DNA from: a bacterium
GTDB lineage: Bacteria; JADJOY01
Assembly (NCBI GenBank): GCA_046331705.1
Contig: JAXLQJ010000005.1
Coordinates: 186,001-250,000, forward strand
Length of the DNA: 64,000 nucleotides
Direction of reading: 5' to 3'
Shown: positions 54,684 to 64,000 of the stretch, piece by piece
How positions within the stretch are numbered: the stretch's first letter is position 1
How the letters are laid out: each line of letters opens with the position of its first letter
Notes under the pieces: model-generated
Database searches by the model: none
What the model saw: only the letters and a program-made list of their open reading frames with translations
What the model was told of the DNA's origin: nothing
Made by a program: the position numbers and the translations under genes

Positions 54684-55763
54684 TCAGCAGCTCGGCGGGC
54701 TGGTGGCCGCGGCCCAGCGGCAGAGATCGCCGTCCTGGAAGTCGTCCTGGAAGATGCACGTGGTGCCGACGAAGCCCGCGGCGCAACCCAGCGCGCGCGT
54801 CGAGGTGACCCCGTTGGTGAAGTCGAGGCTTGGATTGGCGCCCGAGATCGTGCGTGACGGTGACACGTTTCCGTTGGCCCCTGCCGCGTAACCCGTGAGC
54901 GTATCGAGACCAGAGCCGTTGGTTCCGGAATTCGCCACGAGGACCTCGGCGTTGGTCGTGCGCACGATTCCCTCGGCGTAGTCGAGCCCCGTCGCCGCAC
55001 CGTCGATGCCGCGCAGCGGCGCCACGTCGCCGGAAGCGGTGCGCGGAAACGTGAGCACGCGGTCGTCGTTGCTCGCCACGGTCAACTCGTTCGTGGAGAG
55101 GTCGAGGAAGAGTCCCGAGGGTCCGCCGAGCTGAGTGCTCTCACCAGCCAGGGTGCGCGACGGTGGGATGTCGCCGGAGGAATTCGAGTTGAACACCTTC
55201 ACGCCCAGCTGATCGGAGACGAAGAGATTGTGGTGAAGCTTGTCGAGAAAGAGCTGCCCCGGGCCGAACAGCGTCGTGTTCCCGCCGGTGATCGTCCGAA
55301 GCGGTGGCTGGTTGCCGTTGGCGCCACGCCGGAACACCGTGATCGAGTCGCCGTCCCCGTTCGCGACCCAGATCTCGTCGGCGTCGACGTCCACCACGAT
55401 CCCATTCGGCGAGGAGAGCTGCGTCTGGTCACCGCTGATGTCGCGCAGTGGCGCGACGTTCCCCGAATCGCTCATCGCGAAGACCAGCACGTGCGAGTTG
55501 TTCGTCAGCCCCGCCGTCACGAAGACCTCGCGGTGGACGAGATCGAGCGCCAGCGAGTGCGCGACCCCGAGCAGCGTCTCGGCCCCCTGGATCGAGCGCT
55601 TGGGAACGGCATTACCGTCGGCCGTGTCGGCGAACACCCGGACGGACGTGTCGGTGACCACGAACATCTCGCTTCGCCCACGCCCGGGAAAGACCCATTC
55701 GGCGGCGCTGGCCACGAGCACCGCCATGGTCGTGAACGCGAAACGACTCCGCTTCCATCGCAT
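54684..55763 (-). CDS. Secreted beta-propeller repeat protein with a C-terminal IFxDxF..GD..W tail
   Basis: About six repeats of [AS].G[ND]..P.R.I.G..T.L..P.G+.+D; ends ...CAAGFVGTTCIFQDDFQDGDLCRWAAATSPPSC. Confidence 0.8.
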   Translation of the reverse strand: MRWKRSRFAFTTMAVLVASAAEWVFPGRGRSEMFVVTDTSVRVFADTADGNAVPKRSIQGAETLLGVAHSLALDLVHREVFVTAGLTNNSHVLVFAMSDSGNVAPLRDISGDQTQLSSPNGIVVDVDADEIWVANGDGDSITVFRRGANGNQPPLRTITGGNTTLFGPGQLFLDKLHHNLFVSDQLGVKVFNSNSSGDIPPSRTLAGESTQLGGPSGLFLDLSTNELTVASNDDRVLTFPRTASGDVAPLRGIDGAATGLDYAEGIVRTTNAEVLVANSGTNGSGLDTLTGYAAGANGNVSPSRTISGANPSLDFTNGVTSTRALGCAAGFVGTTCIFQDDFQDGDLCRWAAATSPPSC

Positions 55764-55934
55764 GCAACGTCCTCCGTGCCGCGGATCCTACACCGAGTGT
55801 CGCGCAGCGCGACCAGCCCCGGGCGCCGCCTTGCGCGGCAGCCTCGCGAGGCCGTCCCCAACGAAGCGAGGGCGGCCCAACCGGGCCGCCCCCCTCCGAC
55901 ACTCACGTGCGAGCAGCGCTCGCGCGAAGCGATC

Positions 55935-57563
<1,629 letters not shown>

Positions 57564-57609
57564 GTAGCTCTCCTTGGTTGGCTTCGATATTCGTGGGGAC
57601 GAGAGGGTT

Positions 57610-57906
57610 TCAGGCCTCGATCACACCGAGGACATCGTCCTCACGCATGATCAGGATCTCCTGGCCGTCGATCTTGATTTCAGTGCCCGCGTACTTGCTG
57701 AACAGGATCTTGTCGCCCTTCTTCACGTCGAGCGGCACGACCTTGCCATCGTCGCCAACCTTGCCCTTGCCCACGGCGACGACCTCGCCTTCCTGCGGCT
57801 TTTCCTTGGCGGTGTCGGGGATGATGATGCCACCCTTCGACTTCTCGTCCTTCTCGAGTCGCTTGACGAGAAGCCGGTCCTGCAATGGTCGGATGTTCAA
57901 GCCCAT
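57610..57906 (-). CDS. groS: Co-chaperonin GroES
   Basis: [43 protein letters not shown]. Confidence 0.99.
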   Translation of the reverse strand: MGLNIRPLQDRLLVKRLEKDEKSKGGIIIPDTAKEKPQEGEVVAVGKGKVGDDGKVVPLDVKKGDKILFSKYAGTEIKIDGQEILIMREDDVLGVIEA

Positions 57907-58163
57907 TTCCTTTCCTCCTCCGTGTCCTCGGTGGATGGGTATCGTCGATTTCGAGTGGCAACGTGGGCCGTGCCGCCGCCATGCGCGCGTGCGATTTCGG
58001 CCGAACGCAGGAACCTCGAGGGCCTCACCGGCCCATCGGGCCACCTGACTGGAATTTGGTTGTCGCGTGATGGGCTCGTCGCGGCCACGCTACTGGCCAT
58101 CGACAGCACCCGCGAAGCGGCATTGCGGACCCTCGCCCCGCCCTCCGCTTCGGAACGTCGAGC

Positions 58164-58192
58164 AATCTAAGTTCGCCCCCCAAGGCTGTCAA
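58164..58192 (-). promoter_or_regulatory. Sigma70-type promoter of groESL
   Basis: On the - strand TTGACA (58192-58187) - 17 bp - TAGATT (58169-58164), with an AT-rich tract upstream (about 58204-58240). Confidence 0.8.
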
Positions 58193-58244
58193 GAACGAGG
58201 CCAGAAAAATAAAGCCAATGATGTTAGATGTTTGCGCAATCCGC

Positions 58245-58271
58245 TTAGCAGCCGACCCGGGAGACTGCTAA
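58245..58271. promoter_or_regulatory. CIRCE-like inverted repeat (HrcA operator)
   Basis: TTAGCAGCC-N9-GACTGCTAA versus consensus TTAGCACTC-N9-GAGTGCTAA, upstream of groES. Confidence 0.85.
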
Positions 58272-58392
58272 GAGCGGCCGCGGCGACAGCGCCGACCCGT
58301 CTCGAGCGCGTGAGCTCGACCGCCACTCCAAGACGCGCGGCGGAATCACCGCGGGGCCGGTGCGACCGGTGGCGGGGAGCCGCGGCGGCTCG

Positions 58393-58770
58393 TCACGGAG
58401 CCGGCGACGAGCTCGGGGACGACGCGTCGCCCGTGCGTTCGACGCCGGTCCTCGCGCCGCGAGCGCTCGAGATCGAGCCCACCTGAGCCATTCGGCGCAA
58501 CTCCGAGGTCCAGTCGACGAACCGGTTCGGCCCGCGCCGGGCCAGCCGCGCGAGCGTCTGCCGAGACAGCTGCCGCAGCGCGGGCAGCCGTTCGCTCTTC
58601 CAACGACCCGCCAGCGCCGCCAACGTCGCGTGCTGCAAGTTGCCCACCTCGAACGCGCGAGGGAACCCGTGGCAAAGCGGCACCACCGTCGCGTCCGCTT
58701 CCACCACGATCGGCGCGACCAGCGACGCGAGCGGCGCGCGCGTCTCGGGCCGACCGGGGTGAGCCGTCAG
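58393..58770 (-). pseudogene. Orphan C-terminal (SPASM/twitch-like) fragment of a radical SAM protein
   Basis: Frame reads LVAPIVVEADATVVPLCHGFPRAFEVGNLQHATLAALAGRW, resembling the SPASM pattern (V..DG.V.PC...+GN+....L..+W). No ATG and no CxxxCxxC domain; abuts the stop of the upstream gene. Confidence 0.5.
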
Positions 58771-61145
58771 CTCGCGGCGACCGCGATGGTGGTGGCGCGG
58801 CCAGGTGCGATCGAGAGCGCCGGCAAGGTCACCACGGTGCGCCCGTAGCGGTTCGTGATGCCGCTGGCCGCGACCGGCGACCCATCGACGGAGGCCGAAG
58901 CGAAGGGACCATCGAGCGGCACCGTCAGGTCGACGGTGAACGAGGTGACGGCATCGGTCGTGAGCAGGATCTCGCGACCCGTGCCGGCGACCCGTCGGAT
59001 CGAGAGGTCGAATCGACCGGCACCGAAGGCCAAGCCCCGCCAGGTGTCGTGGTCCCACTCCGGCGGCAGGTGCGGCGCGAGCCGCACCCGTCCGGCCGCG
59101 AGATCCGGCTCGTACCCCGTGAGGTGCGTGAGCAGCGCGTTCCCCACGATCCCCGCCTCCCAGCTTCGATAGCGCGCGGAGGTGTCGCTCACGATCCCGA
59201 TCGGCTCGCGCACCACCTGCAGGTGCGTGTAGTCGTCGACGATCACGGCCTCCTCGGTGAAGCCGGTGGGCGTGGGCAGGTCGCGCCAACGGCGGAACGC
59301 CTCGTCGGCGCTCGGATGGAACATGCGATCGAGGTTCACGAGCCAGTAGGCGTGGCTCATCCCGGTCTGGACACCCACCTGCACCCGCGTGAAGAGCAGC
59401 TTGTAGAGCGCGGGGAGGGGCGTGACGATCGTGCCGTTCGGCCTGCCGAGGGTCGCGAGCACCGACTCGAAGTTGCTCACCGCCTTGGGATCGCCGGGAT
59501 CGAGCACGTCCAGCCAGAGCGGCATGGTGCTCACGTCCTCGTAGGGCCGCGGGTCGGGAACCCGTGTGGCCGTGCTCGCCTCGATGGCGTAGCGGCCGAG
59601 ATCTCCCATCCAGAAGACCTCGTCGAGACAGCGCTCGACGGCGGCGGCGAGCGACGCGAGATCGGCCGCATCCGCGGCCCGACCGCTGCGAGCGGCCACA
59701 CCGGACAGATACCGCGCCGCCCGGATCATCGCGTACGACGAGTACGCCGAGAGCGTCGACTCGTCCGGTTCGGCGAGGGCGTTCTGACCGAAGCTCGCTT
59801 CCTTCACGTCCTCGAAGGTCTCGTCCCCCGAGTAGTACTGGAGGCAACCATCCACGAATTGCTGGCCGTGCAGCGCGTGCCAGAGCATGTCGAAGCGATC
59901 CGCGGCGAGCCCGCCGTCACCGGTGGCGCGCTCGTAGGCCTCGTATTCGAGGACCACGAAGCTCGGGCCCTCGGCGCGGGTGCGCCAGGTGTAGGTGGGC
60001 AGCGAGCGCCAGTCGGGCGGCGGCGGCAGGCGCGACAGATCCTGATCGGCGGGCAACGCGTTCGCGAGATCGCCGTTCAGCAGCGCGGCGCCGTATTGGT
60101 AATCGAGCATGTCGCGGAAATCGTCCGCGAGGCCGATGCGCGGATAGAAGATCGCCGGTCCGTGGGTGTCGCGAAGCCAGGTGTAGGCGTACTGGCTCAT
60201 CTGGCTCAGGGCACCGGTGGCGGCCTGGTTCACCTTGATCGCCAGCACCTGGGCGTCGAAGAGATCGTCGAACGCGCGGTCCGGCGTCTCGACGCGCGTC
60301 ACTCCTCCGAACCAGTCGCGCCACCACGCGAGCGTCGCGTCGAGGAGAGCCTCGACGCCCTCGGCGGCGACCGCCGCGAAGACCGGCTCGGGACCGCCGT
60401 CGCCGCTCGTGAAGGCGAGCGCCACCGGCACGACCCGCTCCTCGCCCGGCGCGAGATCGCCGAGCGCGATCGTGAAGCCGTTGTCACCGGCGGCGGTGGT
60501 CGTGAGGGTGCCGTCGATCGGGCGCGTCACGAGGTGGCGCCCGGTGGTGTCGTTCTCCACCAAGCCGCGTCCGTCGTAGCGCGCCAGCACGCCGCCGATC
60601 TCGAGCCCCACGTTCGCGATCGTCCGCCTGGATTGGTTGCGTACGATCCACACGCTCACCAGCGCGTCCTCGGCGCGCACCGAGGCGGCGCCGCGCGGGG
60701 CGAACGCGACCAGCGTCCACGCGAGCTCCTCGTCGCTCGACTCGGCGATCGCCACCGGCGTTCGACGCACGTACGAGAGCGTCTCGTGGGCCGGGTCGCG
60801 ACGGCCGCCCTCGGCGACCAGGTACGGCGTGTGATCGCTGAACCACTTGACCGGCCGGTGGTACGTGGGCCCGCCGAGGTTGTGCCACGTGGCGAGCGGG
60901 TAGCCGTCGCCCAGGAGCCCGAACACCTTGCCGTTGCCGACGCCCACCGGACCGAGCGCGCGCACGTCGGGCCGCTCGGCGGCATCCACGTCCATCCGCC
61001 AGGTGCTGCGATCGGCAAGCGCGGGCCGGGCCTCGATCCAGCTCGAGACCGCGGCGCTCGTGCCGCCCGTGCCGCCGCAGCCCGTGAGCGCGGCGGCCGC
61101 GCACGCGAGCGCGCAGCAACGCGAGAACGTAGCGAGCCATCGCAT
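58767..61145 (-). CDS. Lipoprotein with an (alpha/alpha)6 glycoside hydrolase-like domain (GH15/GH65-like)
   Basis: Lipobox LTGC; N-terminal beta domain (VGNG), WW..W, TPD, YAYTWLRD (GH15-like YxYxWxRD), ..FW..D.G.Y, C-terminal LAPHLPPEW..L.FG. Confidence 0.7.
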   Translation of the reverse strand: MRWLATFSRCCALACAAAALTGCGGTGGTSAAVSSWIEARPALADRSTWRMDVDAAERPDVRALGPVGVGNGKVFGLLGDGYPLATWHNLGGPTYHRPVKWFSDHTPYLVAEGGRRDPAHETLSYVRRTPVAIAESSDEELAWTLVAFAPRGAASVRAEDALVSVWIVRNQSRRTIANVGLEIGGVLARYDGRGLVENDTTGRHLVTRPIDGTLTTTAAGDNGFTIALGDLAPGEERVVPVALAFTSGDGGPEPVFAAVAAEGVEALLDATLAWWRDWFGGVTRVETPDRAFDDLFDAQVLAIKVNQAATGALSQMSQYAYTWLRDTHGPAIFYPRIGLADDFRDMLDYQYGAALLNGDLANALPADQDLSRLPPPPDWRSLPTYTWRTRAEGPSFVVLEYEAYERATGDGGLAADRFDMLWHALHGQQFVDGCLQYYSGDETFEDVKEASFGQNALAEPDESTLSAYSSYAMIRAARYLSGVAARSGRAADAADLASLAAAVERCLDEVFWMGDLGRYAIEASTATRVPDPRPYEDVSTMPLWLDVLDPGDPKAVSNFESVLATLGRPNGTIVTPLPALYKLLFTRVQVGVQTGMSHAYWLVNLDRMFHPSADEAFRRWRDLPTPTGFTEEAVIVDDYTHLQVVREPIGIVSDTSARYRSWEAGIVGNALLTHLTGYEPDLAAGRVRLAPHLPPEWDHDTWRGLAFGAGRFDLSIRRVAGTGREILLTTDAVTSFTVDLTVPLDGPFASASVDGSPVAASGITNRYGRTVVTLPALSIAPGRATTIAVAAS

Positions 61146-61227
61146 GTGGCCGATCATACCGCTCGCGCGGCGCTCGAAAACGCGCTTGATTTCGATGTCG
61201 TCGTGCGTGTAATCGGGTGCGACTCGC

Positions 61228-62142
61228 GTGAGCCCGATGACCGACTCCGATCGATCCGCCTCCCGCGACGAGCGCTTCGTGCTGCGCCGTCGCGAGCTGC
61301 TCCGCGCCCTCGGCGCCGGCGCGGCGGCGGTGGCCGTCGCGGAGCTGCCTGGCTGCGCTGGGTCGGGAAGGACGGTGCGCCGGCTGCTCGCGGCGGATCA
61401 ACGCGCCACGCTCGAAGCGCTCGCCGCGGCGCTGATCCCCGAGGACGAGACCGTGGGCGCGATCGGCGCCGGCGCGGTCGAGTACATCGACCGGATGCTC
61501 GCGGCTTTCGAGCATCCCGTCCCGGATCTCTACCGAGGCGGCCCGTTCAGCGGGCGCGTGCCGTATCCCGATCCGCGCACCGGCGACGCGAGCAGCGATT
61601 ACCCGACCAACCACTTCCGCGACGTGCTCGCGCCCACGCGCCTCCAGGAGGCGTCGTTTCGGATCGCGTACTTCGGCTCCGCATCGGTGCCGAACGGCGA
61701 CATCAACGCCGGCATCGTGCCGAGCACGCCGGGCTGGATCGCGCTCTACCGGGACGGTCTGGCGCGCCTCGAGGAGCTGGCGCACGGAGCCGGCCTCGCG
61801 AGCCTCGCCGACGCCACCCCCGAGCAATGCCTGGACTTCTTCGGCCAGGCGCCACGCGAATTTCGCGACGCCGTCCTCGACCACCTCTGCGAAGGCTTGT
61901 TCTGCGCGCCCGAGTACGGCGGCAACTCGGGCGGCATCGCCTGGCGCCAGTACCACTACGACGGGGACAGCCAGCCGCTCGGTCACACGCTCTTCGATCC
62001 CGCGACCGGCGAGCCGCGCGACCGGCCCGATCAACCCTGTCAGACCCTCGACCCCAACCTGCCCAACGACGGCTTCGAGCGCGACATCGTGAACGTGCTC
62101 ACGATCATCACCGTGGCGCAGGGCGGGAAGCGATTCTTCTGA
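61228..62142 (+). CDS. Gluconate 2-dehydrogenase subunit 3-family protein (Tat-exported)
   Basis: Tat motif LRRRELLR, L.A.A..LIP.D...GA..AGAV.YIDR.L, EG.F..P.YGGN....W. Confidence 0.88.
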   Translation: MSPMTDSDRSASRDERFVLRRRELLRALGAGAAAVAVAELPGCAGSGRTVRRLLAADQRATLEALAAALIPEDETVGAIGAGAVEYIDRMLAAFEHPVPDLYRGGPFSGRVPYPDPRTGDASSDYPTNHFRDVLAPTRLQEASFRIAYFGSASVPNGDINAGIVPSTPGWIALYRDGLARLEELAHGAGLASLADATPEQCLDFFGQAPREFRDAVLDHLCEGLFCAPEYGGNSGGIAWRQYHYDGDSQPLGHTLFDPATGEPRDRPDQPCQTLDPNLPNDGFERDIVNVLTIITVAQGGKRFF

Positions 62143-62267
62143 GCGATTCCTCGCGGACGAACGGACGCCGATGACTCCGATCTGCTGGAGGGCCAGCGGC
62201 CCATCGGTGGCCAACTCGTTGCCCCAGGCCGCGACGGAAGGCGGCCCCGCGGGCCCCTGGTGCAGCG

Positions 62268-64000
62268 ATGGCTGATCTCCCGTCGCGCGTGCCGAACGTT
62301 CTCGGCAACACGAGCCTCGAGCGCTTCGACGTCGTGATCATCGGCAGCGGGCCCGGCGGCGGCTCCGCCGTGCGCGTGCTCGCCGACGCCGGCCTCACGG
62401 TGTGCATCCTGGAAGCGGGGAACAATTACTTCCTCGGCCTCGACGATCCGCGACCGGGCTTCCCGATCCCGCTCTTCTCGAGCGACGAGATCAAGCTCAG
62501 CACGCGGAGCCTGGTGCAGCAGCAGGCCCGCGTCGAGCCGCGCACCTTCCGCGAATCCGCGAGCGACGGCCCCCGGACGTACGTCGGCGAGGTCAACAAC
62601 CTCCCCAAGGCGGTGGGCGGCGGCCAGATCCACGCCGACGGCAAGACGCCGCGCTTCAACGACTTCGACTTCCGGATGCGTGCCGAGCTGGGCGAGGTCG
62701 CCGACGCCGACTTCGCCGATTGGCCACTCGGCTACGACGAGCTCGAGCCCTTCTACGCCGCCGCCGAGCACGAGGTCGGCGTATCGGGGCTGGCCGGCGC
62801 CAACCCGTTCGAGTCGCCGCGCTCCGGCGACTATCCGCTGCCGCCCGGGCCCGACATGTACGTGGGCGCGCTCCTCGGCGAGGGTGCTCGCAAGCTCGGC
62901 TACACCCCGTTTCCGTATCCGGGCGTGAACCTATCGCGGGCGTACGACGGCCGCCCCGCCTGCAACGACTGTGGCCTCTGCAGCTTCTACGGCTGCCCGA
63001 CCAACGCCAAAGGCACGCCCGCCGTCACCACCATCCGCAAGGCGCTGCTCACGGGCCGGGTGCAGCTTCGCTACAACTGCACCGTCACGCGGATCGTCAC
63101 CAACTCCGCCGGCAACGAGGTCACCCGCCTCGAGTACCTCGATCCCGCCGGTCAGCCCGCGACGGTGAGCGGCGATCGCTACATCCTCGCCGCCGGCGGC
63201 ATCGAGTCGGCGCGGCTTTGCCTGCTGTCCGACCTCGGCGGGCCCGGCGTCGGCAACTCGTCCGACCGCGTCGGCCGCTGCCTCATGTACCACTTCGAGA
63301 CCCTGGGGATCGGCATCTATCGCCAGAGCCTGCACGGCGAGCGCGGCCGCTCGGTGGCCTCGGGCATGGCGGATTTCCGCGGCGTGCCGAACGATCCGGC
63401 GCGACCGCTCGGCGGCGTGATCGAGTTCGGCACCAACTCGGAGAAGATCTCCGAGGCCAAGAACTACGTGCACTCGCTGTTCGCCCGCGGACCGTTCCTG
63501 AAGAAGCTGCTGCGCGCGAGCCCGTTCGGCGCGCACATCGGCGTGATGACCATGCAGGGCGAGGACGCGCCCCAGCTCACCAACCGCGTCGACCTCGACC
63601 CCGACGTCCACGACATCCACGGGCTTCCCGCGGCGCGAATCACCTACCGGCCGCACGCCTTCGAGCTCTCGGCGAGCCGCTTCTACGGCGCCAGGATGAT
63701 CGAGATCCACGGCGCGGCGGGTGCCCAGTTCGCGTTCGTGGCGCCGCGCTACGACGGCAACGCGACGCCCACGACTCGCCACGTGATGGGCGCCATGCGC
63801 ATGGGCAGCGACCCGCGTTCGTCGGTGGTGGACGGGTCGCAGCGCTTCCACGACCTCGGCAACCTGTGGTGCATCGACGGCTCGGTCATGCCCACGGGAT
63901 CGGGCTACAACCCCACGCTCACCATCGAGGCGCTGGCGTTGCGGGCCGCGGGCACGATGGTCGATCCCGCCCGCCCGGAAGCCGTCGTTGCTCGCCTCGC
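62268..64000 (+). CDS. GMC-family FAD oxidoreductase, catalytic subunit (partial; stop beyond the window)
   Basis: Manual translation from ATG 62268: FDVVIIGSGPGGG, LEAG, VGGG, WP.GYDELEPFY, GRPACNDCGLCSFYGCPTNAKG, TRHVMGAMRMG, DGSVMPT..GYNPTLTI.ALA. Not in the ORF track. Confidence 0.93.
   Translation, partial: MADLPSRVPNVLGNTSLERFDVVIIGSGPGGGSAVRVLADAGLTVCILEAGNNYFLGLDDPRPGFPIPLFSSDEIKLSTRSLVQQQARVEPRTFRESASDGPRTYVGEVNNLPKAVGGGQIHADGKTPRFNDFDFRMRAELGEVADADFADWPLGYDELEPFYAAAEHEVGVSGLAGANPFESPRSGDYPLPPGPDMYVGALLGEGARKLGYTPFPYPGVNLSRAYDGRPACNDCGLCSFYGCPTNAKGTPAVTTIRKALLTGRVQLRYNCTVTRIVTNSAGNEVTRLEYLDPAGQPATVSGDRYILAAGGIESARLCLLSDLGGPGVGNSSDRVGRCLMYHFETLGIGIYRQSLHGERGRSVASGMADFRGVPNDPARPLGGVIEFGTNSEKISEAKNYVHSLFARGPFLKKLLRASPFGAHIGVMTMQGEDAPQLTNRVDLDPDVHDIHGLPAARITYRPHAFELSASRFYGARMIEIHGAAGAQFAFVAPRYDGNATPTTRHVMGAMRMGSDPRSSVVDGSQRFHDLGNLWCIDGSVMPTGSGYNPTLTIEALALRAAGTMVDPARPEAVVARL

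Noticed and set aside
59049-62214. 1041-aa (+) and 576-aa (-) ORFs across the GH-like and subunit-3 genes
   Set aside because: Shadow ORFs with no motifs, overlapping well-supported genes.

Overview
Very GC-rich (roughly 70% by eye), gene-dense bacterial chromosomal window. The ccsA-hemA-hemC cluster, long multi-POTRA Omp85 and many lipoproteins suggest a deltaproteobacterial-type lineage (Myxococcota/Binatota-like; inference only). About 50 CDS can be supported. Two of them run off the window ends and are absent from the ORF track: 1176->1 (secreted protein) and 62268->64000 (GMC oxidoreductase). Housekeeping content: tamA/tamB-like pair, bcp, pcnB, hemA/hemC/ccsA, groES/groEL with a sigma70 promoter and a CIRCE-like operator, rmlC, sixA, a K+ channel, two acyl-CoA dehydrogenases and a crotonase. 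I saw no rRNA, tRNA, CRISPR array, integrase or transposase. Two candidate systems stand out. (1) A coupled exported neutral-ceramidase-like / GH5 / Thr-type sulfatase-superfamily operon (20230-25174) that looks like a complete (glyco)sphingolipid disassembly line. (2) A plsB-like / gpsA-like / App1-lipin-like phosphatase operon (42891-46694) in which both the acyltransferase and the dehydrogenase have changed phosphate/substrate-binding motifs, suggesting a non-standard glycerolipid (DAG/TAG or ether-lipid) pathway. Other oddities: an AKR-fold protein lacking its catalytic tetrad, an RNase HII-like protein lacking one catalytic Asp, an alternative sigma70 next to a DksA-like gene, a lipoprotein vanadium haloperoxidase, an orphan SPASM-like remnant, and a beta-propeller with an IFxDxF..GD..W C-terminal tail. 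All product calls come from recognising motifs by eye; no database searches were run.
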